Shown here: positions 10,589-20,625 of the stretch, piece after piece
Layout: every line of letters begins with the position of its first letter
How positions within the stretch are numbered: the first letter of the stretch is position 1
Assembly (NCBI GenBank): GCA_965217895.1
Contig: CBDCJV010000002.1
Coordinates: 4,384,001-4,448,000 of the forward strand
Reading direction: 5' to 3'
DNA: 64,000 nucleotides
Source: Waterburya sp.
GTDB lineage: Bacteria > Cyanobacteriota > Cyanobacteriia > Cyanobacteriales > Xenococcaceae
Notes under the pieces: generated by a model
What the model was told of the DNA's origin: nothing
Databases searched by the model: none
What the model saw: only the letters and a program-made list of their open reading frames with translations
Translations under genes and position numbers: made by a program

Positions 10589-11763
10589 TATTTAATGCCC
10601 AAGGCTGTAGTTATTTTGGTTAGACTATTGGTAAACGTATGCTCTGCTAAAGCTCGCTTTTGACCGTTAAAACGCAACATTTTCCTTTTTTCTGGTTCAG
10701 CTTCTAGTTGACAGATTTTTTCCTGCATTTCTTCTGGACTACGGTAGGTTTCTATTTCTCTGCCTAGCTCATACATTTGCTCTATTCCTTCTGTCCATTC
10801 AGTTAAATAACAAGCCCCCATCATCGGTGCTTCTAGATCGCGCAGCCGAGAATATGTGTCTGGTTGTGTAAAAGAATAGCGAAAGCTGGGATAGCGATTA
10901 ATACCTAAAGTTATAATGCTTTGCTGAATAATTTTTATATATTCGTCAAAGTTTGGTTTCGGACGAATATAAGGGTAAAAAATAGAATCATCAATCGATT
11001 CATGCCATTTTGATTGAGTTTTTCTTAACCAAGCACAAAGCCCTTGATATTTTAAAAAATCTATTTGGTTAATAATAGTTTGATTTACATTTTTAAGCTT
11101 AGATTTTTGCCAATTACTAGAATTTGCATTCTCTTGTTTTGTCTGCCATCCAGTACCCCTAATTTCTAGATTGACTCCTAAATTAATAACTTGAGAGAGT
11201 AACGCCGATCTTTGCTTATCTTTAGAACCAATAAATGTTGTGTAGTATTGTTCCTTGTATTGACAATTTCTATGTACTGAATTTATCCAAATAGGCATGG
11301 GTGCATGAATGTAATTTAACTTTGCCTGTCCGTACATTTTTAAAGCTTTATATTCGGGAACCCAATTTAAATCAAAGCAATGAAATTCTTGAGGTACTTT
11401 GGTAAATTCTCTGACATTATCGCAAAAGAAGTTAACACAAGGTATTCCTAAAGCTTGAATTTCTTTAATAGCTGATGTTGATATTTGTTGAGGATATAAA
11501 TAACTAAGAAATAAATCTATTCCTTGTATTTTATGTTGTTTTTTTATTTGAGCTATAGTTAATTTCCAAGTGCGATCGCGCCACCAATCTAGTTCTTTTG
11601 AGTTTGCTGAATATACCAAACCTTCTGCCCAATCAATTTCTTTTGCTTCTGTCCATTCCTGGTTCGCTTCTTCTATTCCTTTTTTAAAATAAGTTTCCCA
11701 GAATTGATAGGCAGGAATAGGATGGTTTTTCAGCGATTGCTGGCAACAAATAAATATTTGCAT
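10588..11763 (-). CDS. CgeB/YkvP-like glycosyltransferase
   Basis: RLRDLEAPMMGACYLTE...RALAEHTF C-terminal signature. Confidence 0.8.
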   Translation of the reverse strand: MQIFICCQQSLKNHPIPAYQFWETYFKKGIEEANQEWTEAKEIDWAEGLVYSANSKELDWWRDRTWKLTIAQIKKQHKIQGIDLFLSYLYPQQISTSAIKEIQALGIPCVNFFCDNVREFTKVPQEFHCFDLNWVPEYKALKMYGQAKLNYIHAPMPIWINSVHRNCQYKEQYYTTFIGSKDKQRSALLSQVINLGVNLEIRGTGWQTKQENANSSNWQKSKLKNVNQTIINQIDFLKYQGLCAWLRKTQSKWHESIDDSIFYPYIRPKPNFDEYIKIIQQSIITLGINRYPSFRYSFTQPDTYSRLRDLEAPMMGACYLTEWTEGIEQMYELGREIETYRSPEEMQEKICQLEAEPEKRKMLRFNGQKRALAEHTFTNSLTKITTALGIK

Positions 11764-11772
11764 AGCTGTAAT

Positions 11773-12768
11773 TTATGATATCTTTCCGAGATAATTATTA
11801 AAGTGAAGTATATTAGTTCTTGTTGAACGAAAATATATTTGAATTTTTCTAGCTGTTTTCCATCCTAAAATTTTGTTTAATAAATGAAATATTTTTCCTC
11901 CTGCTGGTTTTAGTTCACAACCTCCAAGCTCATGAACTTCTCTTTCTGCTTCTTTGACTAAATTCAGTTCATTTGGATAAATACCGTAAATAAATCTTTG
12001 AAAAGCAATAGCACAAGCATGGCGAGTATATTGATTATTTTTTGTAGCTAGTAAATACTCTGTGCATAACTCTATAGATTGGAAAGCAGAAATCAAAGCA
12101 GAAGAAGACTTGATTCTGCTCAAGCTATTAGTCAAACCTGAACGATAATAGCTTTTTGCTCGCTCACAAAATATAATGCCATCACTTGCTAAGATTGCTC
12201 TACAAAAATATTCACCGTCATCATTGAGAGACAGTTCTTCATTCCAAAGTCCTGCTTTATCGGATATTTTACGAGGAATTAACCAAGCAGCAGGATGCAT
12301 CATTCCTCCTCCACCCCAAGAACAAACCAGCCAATCTACGGGGGACATATCTTGCCATACAGGTTCTGATCTAAACTGAGTCTCTGCTGTAGATTGAAAA
12401 AAACGACCCCAAGCTCCTGCTGCTAAATAATTAGCGTCGGTTTTTTGCAAAAGCTCTATTTGTCGCGTAATTTTATCTGTCGCCAATATGTCATCTGCAT
12501 CAAGGTACTGAATAAAATCACCTTGTGCTTCTTTTAAAGCTCTATTTCTAGCAGCACTTGCTCCTTTATTTTTTTGACTAATAACTTTAACAATAGAAGA
12601 TTCAAAACTTTTAGCTACTGCCAAACTATTATCTGTTGAGCCATCATTGACTACTATAATCTCTTTATTTGTCCAAGTTTGGGTCAGTGCGGATTTTATA
12701 GTTTCAGCAAGCCATTGTTCTGAGTTATAACAAGGAATAAGAATAGATACTAATAATGGAGATTTCAT
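11773..12768 (-). CDS. GT2 glycosyltransferase
   Basis: VSILIPCYN, VNDGSTD, YLDADD. Confidence 0.92.
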   Translation of the reverse strand: MKSPLLVSILIPCYNSEQWLAETIKSALTQTWTNKEIIVVNDGSTDNSLAVAKSFESSIVKVISQKNKGASAARNRALKEAQGDFIQYLDADDILATDKITRQIELLQKTDANYLAAGAWGRFFQSTAETQFRSEPVWQDMSPVDWLVCSWGGGGMMHPAAWLIPRKISDKAGLWNEELSLNDDGEYFCRAILASDGIIFCERAKSYYRSGLTNSLSRIKSSSALISAFQSIELCTEYLLATKNNQYTRHACAIAFQRFIYGIYPNELNLVKEAEREVHELGGCELKPAGGKIFHLLNKILGWKTARKIQIYFRSTRTNILHFNNYLGKIS

Positions 12769-12809
12769 AGTAGTAAAATTATAGTTATTGAAATAAAAAT
12801 AGATAAGCT

Positions 12810-13763
12810 TTAGCCTATACGCCAGGGGATAAATTTTCTTAAATTTCGTCCTAGATTACCAAAACGCAAACTTAGTGCATTGCGGTAGCCAAAACTATTA
12901 GCTAATAGTTTCATTGGCTTACTATAAATTTGAGATACATTTTTCTTCCATCCAAGAGATTCGCAAAAATCTAAATAATCAAAAGCAAGTTGCAAATCTC
13001 CCTCCGCAGCACACAAACCAATCATCCTAGCACCATCAGCTATTAAAATTTGATGGTATTGCTTAGGAAGTTCTTGGAAATAGTATTTAAGAGCTTTTAG
13101 ATGTTCTCTCCAACAAGCCAAATATGAGCGAGAAGAATAAGTGTCTTCTCCAAAGCGATTGATTGCTAATGGTAAAGTAAGATTAAAAATTCTAGCACCA
13201 GAAAAAGCTAGTCTTATATGTAAGTCTGGGTCTTCATCTCTTGATAAAGTCTCACGAAAACCACCTATTTTTTCTAATGCTTCTCTACGATACAATCCAT
13301 TAATTGGGTAACAACAATGAGTTAAAAAGAAACCTGTTGGATCTAAATTATTATTCAACCCCGAATAATCATGTATATGTCTAACATTATTGGTTTCTCT
13401 ATCTATTACTTTTATATTTGTGATTACTGCATCCCAATCATCTGTCAGTGTGGCTAGAGTTTGTTCTACAAAGGTTGGCTCTAACCAGTCATCAACGTCA
13501 TGAAAATGAATTAGAGTACCTATAGATTTTCTTAATAAAATGTTTCTGCCTATGGACGGTCCTCGATTAGCTTTTCCATAAATAACACGACCAAAATTTT
13601 GTTTACGCAGTAGCTCTGCTGTATTATCTGTACTTGCATCATCATAAAACAATACTTCATCAAATGGTATTGTCTGTTGAGACATATTTGCCATGAAGTC
13701 TGTCAAATAAGGTTCTGCATTGTAGCAGGGAACTAATAAAGAAACGGCTGCTTTTGTAGACAT
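12810..13763 (-). CDS. GT2 glycosyltransferase
   Basis: LLVPCYN, DDASTD, HDVDD, EDPD. Confidence 0.9.
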   Translation of the reverse strand: MSTKAAVSLLVPCYNAEPYLTDFMANMSQQTIPFDEVLFYDDASTDNTAELLRKQNFGRVIYGKANRGPSIGRNILLRKSIGTLIHFHDVDDWLEPTFVEQTLATLTDDWDAVITNIKVIDRETNNVRHIHDYSGLNNNLDPTGFFLTHCCYPINGLYRREALEKIGGFRETLSRDEDPDLHIRLAFSGARIFNLTLPLAINRFGEDTYSSRSYLACWREHLKALKYYFQELPKQYHQILIADGARMIGLCAAEGDLQLAFDYLDFCESLGWKKNVSQIYSKPMKLLANSFGYRNALSLRFGNLGRNLRKFIPWRIG

Positions 13764-13771
13764 AAGATTAT

Positions 13772-14836
13772 TTAATTAACTGCTTTAAGAAAACCATGTA
13801 TGGGATGCCATCTAAAAATATCTCCATTGAGCATATGATAGAGATAACCCATCAACAAACGGATCGTTTTCCAGATTTTATTCAAAAATTTAATATTAGG
13901 AGAATTATAAAAATACTTGACAGTGCATAAATATGACAATGTACATAAATAAAATCTTTGAAGAGAAATATTGGTGAGCGTTTTTTCCACAAGATGCGCT
14001 TGCTCCAAGTTATGAATATCGTTCAAAGTGGAAGATTTGCTGTCTGGATGTATCCTTATCCAAGCTAATTCTCGATCTACGTATTTAGCCTTTCCTACTT
14101 GACAAAGTTTTAATAGTAAATCATAGTCCATACAAAATTTAAGAGTACGATCAATACCTGCTGTTTTCTGGTAAGCTCTCTTCGTCCAAAAACAAGCTGG
14201 TTGCTGTACACTTTGACCCCGAGCAATCAATTTGGCATAAGTAGGAGTTGAATATTTGTAGCGAGTCTCAATCCAGGGAAACCATCCCGTTCCTTGATCG
14301 ATTTTAGCTGCTCCGCAAAAAAGATCGATCTTAGGACTGATAATGTATTGGTTTGCTAACCACTCTAATGAACCCTGAAGATATAAATCATCAGAACATA
14401 ACCAAGCTAGAAGTTCGCCGTTGGCAATTTCAAAACCCGTAGCGATCGCATCACTTTGACCTCCATCTGGTTCGGAAACTATATGACTCAAGCAGGGTGA
14501 GTAACGCTTTAAAATTGCCTGAGTTTTATCAGTAGACCCCCCATCCATGATGATGTATTCTAAATTAGGATAATTTTGCAGTAGTACTGACCTAATTGTC
14601 TCTTCAATAAATTCTCCCTGATTATAGGAAGGAGTAACAATTGAAATTTTAGGCCAAGGTTTGCCATCTTCCATCGTTGGGGGTAAAGGCTCAGTTTGTT
14701 CTGTCCAAGGCCAGCCACTAGATTGTTCAACAGGCGCAGGAAGAAAACTAAGTAAACCTTGGGCAGAGTAAGGTACAATCGATAGCGATTGGGTTATCTT
14801 TTCAGATTTATTAACACGAGAAATGTTATTAACCAT
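13772..14836 (-). CDS. GT2 glycosyltransferase
   Basis: ISIVTPSYNQG, DGGSTD, WLCSDD, MDYD. Confidence 0.92.
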   Translation of the reverse strand: MVNNISRVNKSEKITQSLSIVPYSAQGLLSFLPAPVEQSSGWPWTEQTEPLPPTMEDGKPWPKISIVTPSYNQGEFIEETIRSVLLQNYPNLEYIIMDGGSTDKTQAILKRYSPCLSHIVSEPDGGQSDAIATGFEIANGELLAWLCSDDLYLQGSLEWLANQYIISPKIDLFCGAAKIDQGTGWFPWIETRYKYSTPTYAKLIARGQSVQQPACFWTKRAYQKTAGIDRTLKFCMDYDLLLKLCQVGKAKYVDRELAWIRIHPDSKSSTLNDIHNLEQAHLVEKTLTNISLQRFYLCTLSYLCTVKYFYNSPNIKFLNKIWKTIRLLMGYLYHMLNGDIFRWHPIHGFLKAVN

Positions 14837-14857
14837 ATTGTATAGTTTTAAATTTAA

Positions 14858-14993
14858 ATAATATTTGTCGATAAGGTTCTATATATCTTTAAACTTGTAG
14901 AGTAAGAGAATATTCTTTAAATGCGATCGCTCTAAAGTTTTGTTTCATTTCTGCTCTTAATTGGTTATCTTCAAGTGATGGTATCGCGATCGC
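14858..14993 (-). pseudogene. C-terminal remnant of a GT4 glycosyltransferase
   Basis: Translates to LEDNQLRAEMKQNFRAIAFKEYSLTLQV*RYIEPYRQIL, a typical GT4 terminal helix with an internal stop; bounded by HIP1 at 14986-14993. Confidence 0.65.
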
Positions 14994-15060
14994 CAATAAA
15001 AAATAAACATTTTTATCATATAATTGTATGTTTTTGATATTCTGCAATACTCAACCGAAA

Positions 15061-15981
15061 TTACCAAGTAGAAATTTCTTGCATGGCTAACCTTATTCCA
15101 TTTTGACTAGCATCGTAAAAATGCCGATTTCTCGATTCCATTTTTAAACGTCTCAAATAATTAATTATTCTTCGATAAATACTTGGTCTTAATTCATTTT
15201 TATTCGGCATTTTTCCACGAAAAGCTTGCAGAATAATACCAGAAAATGTCATTCCTTCAACTAGACGAAGTAAATAATTTTCATCAAGACGACTAGAAGG
15301 AATTAGGTGAGTTAAACATAGTGATTCAAACTGACCCGTACCCAAATTTAAATCGCAAGCAGTAAATGCTAAATCAGAATCTCCACAAGAGGTCAATAAA
15401 TGTCCTTTACGATCTAACTCTGCTCTTTTAGGATTTTGAAAAATTACTTTTGCATATTCTTGAGCTACTATTTTGCGAATACATAGACCTGCTCCACAGG
15501 GGGTTGTTATATGTTGATTTACTAAATTTGACCACCTATCCGTGTCAAACTCTCTGATAGCAAGCATCCCCCAGTAAGGTTTTGTCCATTCAGGAGGTTT
15601 TACTTCAAATTTAGGTCTAATTTGACCACCCCATGCTCCTAATATTGACCACTTAAGACCAATTTGCCAAGTGGTTTCTAAATAATTTGAATCAAGAATA
15701 TTATCGTCATCAACAAAAACCAATATTTCTGCCTGTGATTCATCAATTCCTTTAATTCGAGCATAAGTAAGACCAAGTTTTTCTTCTCGAATATGACGAG
15801 CATTGGGATGCCAGCTTAAATCAATTTCTGAGGACAGTAGTTTTTCACTTGCATTATCAATTAATAATAATTCCCATTGTTTTAATTGCATAGTTTGAAA
15901 CTTCAAAGCAGTTAAAACGTTACTTAAGTAGTCTTTTCTAGGATTATGAGTACAAATAATTACGGATAATAAAGATTTCAT
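15061..15981 (-). CDS. GT2 glycosyltransferase
   Basis: SVIICTHNPR, IDNAS, FVDDDN. Confidence 0.92.
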   Translation of the reverse strand: MKSLLSVIICTHNPRKDYLSNVLTALKFQTMQLKQWELLLIDNASEKLLSSEIDLSWHPNARHIREEKLGLTYARIKGIDESQAEILVFVDDDNILDSNYLETTWQIGLKWSILGAWGGQIRPKFEVKPPEWTKPYWGMLAIREFDTDRWSNLVNQHITTPCGAGLCIRKIVAQEYAKVIFQNPKRAELDRKGHLLTSCGDSDLAFTACDLNLGTGQFESLCLTHLIPSSRLDENYLLRLVEGMTFSGIILQAFRGKMPNKNELRPSIYRRIINYLRRLKMESRNRHFYDASQNGIRLAMQEISTW

Positions 15982-16003
15982 ATTGTATAGTTAGTTATTT
16001 AAT

Positions 16004-16747
16004 TTATGCTAAATTGATTTTGCATCTTATGGCTTTTAACAAAATTTTTAGAGCATTTTTAATCGATGTTTTACCCAAATATAAGTCATTTATATTTTGC
16101 TCAAGCTGTTTTACATGATCGATTTTATGTTGATAAAGTTCGGGATGCACTATGTTTAAAATATTTGTTGAAGAGGTCATAATAGAAGGCTCAATACCAT
16201 TTTTAACAACTAAAAAAGTATTTTGCTTATACCACCAATTAATATCTGTATTAGACCAAAAAATATACCTAATACAATCTTGCATATTAAATCCATATTT
16301 GTGAAATTTATCGGACCAATATGTTGGCCATTGCTCGTTAATATGCCCGTCTCCATTTTGATTAGGAATTGCTGCCGAAAAAATTATATAATCCCCAAGA
16401 GAAATTAAAGTTTCGACAAAATGGTCGGAAGACTCTTTTGGAAGATGTTCGGCAACTTCCAATGAAATTACTAAATCAAATTTTCGATTAATGGTCAAAG
16501 GTTTAGTTAAATCATGAGATATAAATTGACTTTTATCGATATGTGAATAAAGTAAATCTTTATTTACATATTCTCCATCAATCCCCAAAATATCTCGAAC
16601 GCCTAAATCTTGAAATACAGATAACCAAGTACCTATTCCACAACCAACATCAACAACACTATGAGGGTGTAAGAACTCAAGTAAAATTGGTACAATTTTT
16701 TGAGCAGAGTTAATATTATAAATTATTGGATCATGTACAAAACTCAT
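16004..16747 (-). CDS. Class I SAM-dependent methyltransferase
   Basis: VVDVGCGIGTW, SLEVAEHL, GHINEQW. Confidence 0.9.
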   Translation of the reverse strand: MSFVHDPIIYNINSAQKIVPILLEFLHPHSVVDVGCGIGTWLSVFQDLGVRDILGIDGEYVNKDLLYSHIDKSQFISHDLTKPLTINRKFDLVISLEVAEHLPKESSDHFVETLISLGDYIIFSAAIPNQNGDGHINEQWPTYWSDKFHKYGFNMQDCIRYIFWSNTDINWWYKQNTFLVVKNGIEPSIMTSSTNILNIVHPELYQHKIDHVKQLEQNINDLYLGKTSIKNALKILLKAIRCKINLA

Positions 16748-16822
16748 ATTTTTAAATCAAAACTAATTATTAACCCTATTTATTAAAGCCAAATAAAAAC
16801 AACAAATAGATATTATATCTTG

Positions 16823-17527
16823 TTACGTTTTGACAATGTAACAATTATTGTTATCAAGCTGATAAATTTTATCTGGAATATTGTTGGAAGATAAATATTG
16901 ATGCACCGCCTTAGAGCAACCATTCCAAACGTAGTAATCATCTAATATAATTAATCCACCTTTAGCAACAGCAGGATATAAATAGTTAAGGCACTTTATT
17001 ATCGAGTCATACCAATCACCATCTAATCTGAGTATGGCAATTTCCTCATTAATATTAAATTTAGGCAAAGTTTCGGAAAACCAACCGCAAACAGGTTGAT
17101 AATTTGTTATGCCAGCCAATTTCATTGCTGTTTCAGCATAAAAAATTTCCGCTTTGCAATTATCAAAATACATTGGACTTTTTTTATTTTCTTGCCACTT
17201 TTTTGCAGCCTCACCATCTATTTCTTGCGCTTCTGGAAGACCTTCAAAACTGTCAAACAGATAGTATCTTCGATCATTTCCTAGTAACTCTGCTATTGCA
17301 GCAATCATTCCACCACGCCAAACACCACATTCCACAATACTTCCCTTTACTTTTTTAAACTTAGAGCATAATATCAAGTTTTCGACAAAAGTTGATATTG
17401 GTATCATTGTATAGTTACTATACTTTTCATAAATTTGAGAAAATTGAGCGTCTTCTTGTTTAGTCTTAACAAGCTCAAATCCTAAATTGTTGATAGCTAA
17501 TTTCAATATCGTTTTCGGACTGATCAT
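16823..17527 (-). CDS. TylF/MycF/NovP-family O-methyltransferase
   Basis: IVECGVWRGG, FDSFEGLP, LRLDGDWYDS, ILDDY. Confidence 0.92.
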   Translation of the reverse strand: MISPKTILKLAINNLGFELVKTKQEDAQFSQIYEKYSNYTMIPISTFVENLILCSKFKKVKGSIVECGVWRGGMIAAIAELLGNDRRYYLFDSFEGLPEAQEIDGEAAKKWQENKKSPMYFDNCKAEIFYAETAMKLAGITNYQPVCGWFSETLPKFNINEEIAILRLDGDWYDSIIKCLNYLYPAVAKGGLIILDDYYVWNGCSKAVHQYLSSNNIPDKIYQLDNNNCYIVKT

Positions 17528-17618
17528 TTATTTAAATTTAAAGAATAAAGTTTTTATTTCAACATAATTGACATAAAGAGTTATATAAATTCTTTATAAT
17601 ATAAACTTCATGAACTCA

Positions 17619-18869
17619 CTATTTTTGTTCTACACATCTTTTATTTAATATATTCAGCCTAGATGTGGGTACAATATATCCGTGATTTGTTGCATGAGGA
17701 AAACTTCTATCTTGTGTGGGAGATTTGTAAATTTCAAATACAATCTCTTCTTTTACTTCATCAAGTGTTTCTGTATTATGACTTCCAACCCAAATACTTA
17801 CCAAATACTGACCTGGAATTAGAGGCGGTAATTGAACACATACATTAATTAAATGCTCTCTCTCTGTATCATTTATAAAGCCTTTAAGTTCGGGAATTGT
17901 TTGCATTAGACCAGTTCCACTAACACTTAGAATACTAACAGCTAAAAAAGCTGGCTTATGATGAAATTTGCTTTCGAAAGTTATATCTAGTTCTAGTATC
18001 AAATTAGGTTGTTTGCCCTGTAGTTTTGAATTTATTTGGGTGATAATCAAACTACCAAATTTTTGACCTAAAGGCCGTGTCCAAACTTCACTCGAATTTT
18101 GATAATTTTGCACTTCGTATTTTGAGATACATCGGTTTGCACTATCCTTACAAAGGATATGACCTGTGTCTAATAAAATTCCTTTTGAACATAAAGCACT
18201 AATAGCAGCCATATTATGGCTAACAAACAAAACCGTTCTTCCTTCTTTACCTACCTCTTTCATTTTACCTAAGCATTTCTTTTGAAATTGTGAATCCCCA
18301 ACAGCTAAAACTTCATCGACAATCAATATCTCTGGTTCTAAGTGTGCTGCAACTGCAAAAGCTAATCTTACATACATTCCCGAAGAATATCTTTTTACAG
18401 GAGTATCTAAAAACTTTTCTACCTCAGCAAAGGCAACAATTTCATCAAACTTTTTCTTAATTTCGACTTTACCCATGCCTAAAATAGCCCCGTTGAGAAA
18501 AATATTTTCCCTTCCAGTTAGTTCTGGATGAAAACCAGTCCCAACCTCTAATAAACTGGCAACTCTGCCTCTAATTTTTATTTGCCCCTGAGTTGGTTCA
18601 GTAATGCGACTGAGAATTTTTAATAGGGTAGATTTACCTGCACCATTACGTCCAATAATACCAACTCTGTCCCCTTGCTTAATTTCAAAAGAAACATCTT
18701 TTAATGCCCAAAACTCTTCTCTAGCATTTTTATTTTTACTATTAGGATTAAGAATTGATTTAACGCTATTGCTAATAACATCCCTTAAAGCAGTATACTT
18801 TTCTTGCTTTTGATGCCCAATAATATATCTCTTACCTAAGTTTTCGACCTTGACTACTGTGTCTGACAT
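17619..18869 (-). CDS. wzt: Polysaccharide ABC exporter ATP-binding subunit with C-terminal accessory domain
   Basis: GRNGAGKST, YSSGMYVRLAF, IVDEVLAVGD, plus about 170 extra C-terminal residues. Confidence 0.93.
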   Translation of the reverse strand: MSDTVVKVENLGKRYIIGHQKQEKYTALRDVISNSVKSILNPNSKNKNAREEFWALKDVSFEIKQGDRVGIIGRNGAGKSTLLKILSRITEPTQGQIKIRGRVASLLEVGTGFHPELTGRENIFLNGAILGMGKVEIKKKFDEIVAFAEVEKFLDTPVKRYSSGMYVRLAFAVAAHLEPEILIVDEVLAVGDSQFQKKCLGKMKEVGKEGRTVLFVSHNMAAISALCSKGILLDTGHILCKDSANRCISKYEVQNYQNSSEVWTRPLGQKFGSLIITQINSKLQGKQPNLILELDITFESKFHHKPAFLAVSILSVSGTGLMQTIPELKGFINDTEREHLINVCVQLPPLIPGQYLVSIWVGSHNTETLDEVKEEIVFEIYKSPTQDRSFPHATNHGYIVPTSRLNILNKRCVEQK

Positions 18870-19091
18870 GATTCATTTATAGTTATTCATAAGTTTATTT
18901 TTTTAGGTTAAGCCATCTGTTTTAACAGTTAATCTATTAATTGTCACTCTCCATAAAATTACATTTAAAAATTTGAATATTAAATTTTACTTTTATATAT
19001 AGTCAAAATGATAACTGATAAATAGTATTAAAAGTTATTCTAAAGTTAATAATTTTGCAATTCTGTTTATATTTTTTTGAATTTTATTTAA

Positions 19092-19667
19092 TTACCAAAT
19101 TAGTTCCAAATTTAAAACAAACCCTGAGACTACATTCTCACCCAATAAATTAATTGGATTATGCAAAACTTCTTTTTCTGTTCCCGCACGATAAATCTCA
19201 ACTGTTCGATCTTTACGGTTAATCAACCACCCCAAACGAGTTCCATTTTCTATATATTCCACCATTTTTTCTTGTAAAGGTTTTAAGCGATCGCTCTGGG
19301 AACGTAATTCAACTATAAAATCAGGACACAAAGAAATAAATCTTTCTTGTTCTTGGAGTGGTATTTGTTCCCATTTATAATTAGGAATCCAACTAACATC
19401 GGGAGAACGAATAGAATCATTGGGTAAGATAAAGCCTGTAGAAGAATCAAAAATTACGCCTGATTTTTGCTGACGATTCCAAATGCCTAGTTCGATTAAA
19501 ATTTCCGAATTTCTTTTGCCAGTACCTCCTCCTATGGGTGACATAATAATTAACTCTCGATCGACAGTACGCTCAAATTTAATTTCGGGATTTTGTAAAC
19601 AAAGCTGATAAAATTGTTCATCTGTTATAGTCAGTATTGAATGAAAATCTACGGTAAGAGAATTCAT
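19092..19667 (-). CDS. Uma2-family (DUF820) endonuclease-fold protein
   Basis: FDSSTGF, RSPDVSW, PDFIVELRS, KMVEYIENG. Confidence 0.92.
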   Translation of the reverse strand: MNSLTVDFHSILTITDEQFYQLCLQNPEIKFERTVDRELIIMSPIGGGTGKRNSEILIELGIWNRQQKSGVIFDSSTGFILPNDSIRSPDVSWIPNYKWEQIPLQEQERFISLCPDFIVELRSQSDRLKPLQEKMVEYIENGTRLGWLINRKDRTVEIYRAGTEKEVLHNPINLLGENVVSGFVLNLELIW

Positions 19668-19756
19668 GTTAATTGTCTAAACTATTCAAGTATTTTTTTC
19701 GAGTTTGGATAAGAGTTAGTATTGCTTATCTCAGTAATTATATTTGACATGATTAT

Positions 19757-20581
19757 TTAGTTTAAATCTTTCCCTATTTCTAGCTGTTGTTCTAACCACT
19801 GATAAAACACGTTAACCGCCAATTTAATTTTATTAAAAACTGTTTCTATATTTTCAGCTAAAATAATTACTCGATCTGGTTTTAATTCAATCTTGTAAAT
19901 ATGACGTTCTAAATGCCGAAATTTACGATATTCGTTTAGTTCTAAAAGTAATGCACCACTCCACAAAGGAGGGCGATTATTGCCTCCAGGTTCAGCTACT
20001 TGTTTTAATAGTTCAAGATGCCAATCTTTCCCTCTAGGTAAACCGCCATCTAAATAAACAGCAACTCGTTCGCTAATTTTTTCGCATCCTGAATAAAAAT
20101 CAGCAATATAGCTAGCCAAAGCAGGCGCAATAATAATATCTGAAACTCCTTCCATTTGTTCAAAAACTTTATTGATTGTTGAGATAGTATTTTCTATTGA
20201 TTTCATCTCGTCTTCAATACGAGCTTTTAAAGCGAGATATTTATTTTGAGGCATAGGTATTTTTTTGAGGATTCGGTCAGCTAGATAGGTAGGTGCAAAT
20301 TCCAAAGGAATTAAATCTACTTTTAACCAGTAAGGAATAATATCTTCCAATGCCGAATAAGCATCCCAAACCGCATCTTTACTCATTCCTCTAACTGCAA
20401 TATCTATGTCAGAGTGCCAATGCCAAGGACTTTCTCCTGCTAAAGAACCACATAAGAGAACTTCGGTTGCGCCAAAGTCGTTTTGCAAAACCTGCATACA
20501 CTTTTCTGCCGCAACTAAGGCTTGTTGTCGCCTTTGTTCAAGCTCTAATTGAGATTTAGATGATAGGGGAATTATTTTCAT
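19757..20581 (-). CDS. Fused minimal nucleotidyltransferase (MNT) + HEPN/HepT-like RNase
   Basis: N-terminal GSLA-x8-DID plus a third Asp (KVDL); C-terminal DWH and RHLERHIY (RX4H-x-Y), all in one reading frame. Confidence 0.85.
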   Translation of the reverse strand: MKIIPLSSKSQLELEQRRQQALVAAEKCMQVLQNDFGATEVLLCGSLAGESPWHWHSDIDIAVRGMSKDAVWDAYSALEDIIPYWLKVDLIPLEFAPTYLADRILKKIPMPQNKYLALKARIEDEMKSIENTISTINKVFEQMEGVSDIIIAPALASYIADFYSGCEKISERVAVYLDGGLPRGKDWHLELLKQVAEPGGNNRPPLWSGALLLELNEYRKFRHLERHIYKIELKPDRVIILAENIETVFNKIKLAVNVFYQWLEQQLEIGKDLN

Positions 20582-20625
20582 TTTGCTATTGATTTGCTGA
20601 AGATTACTTCTCTTAAGTCTATCGG

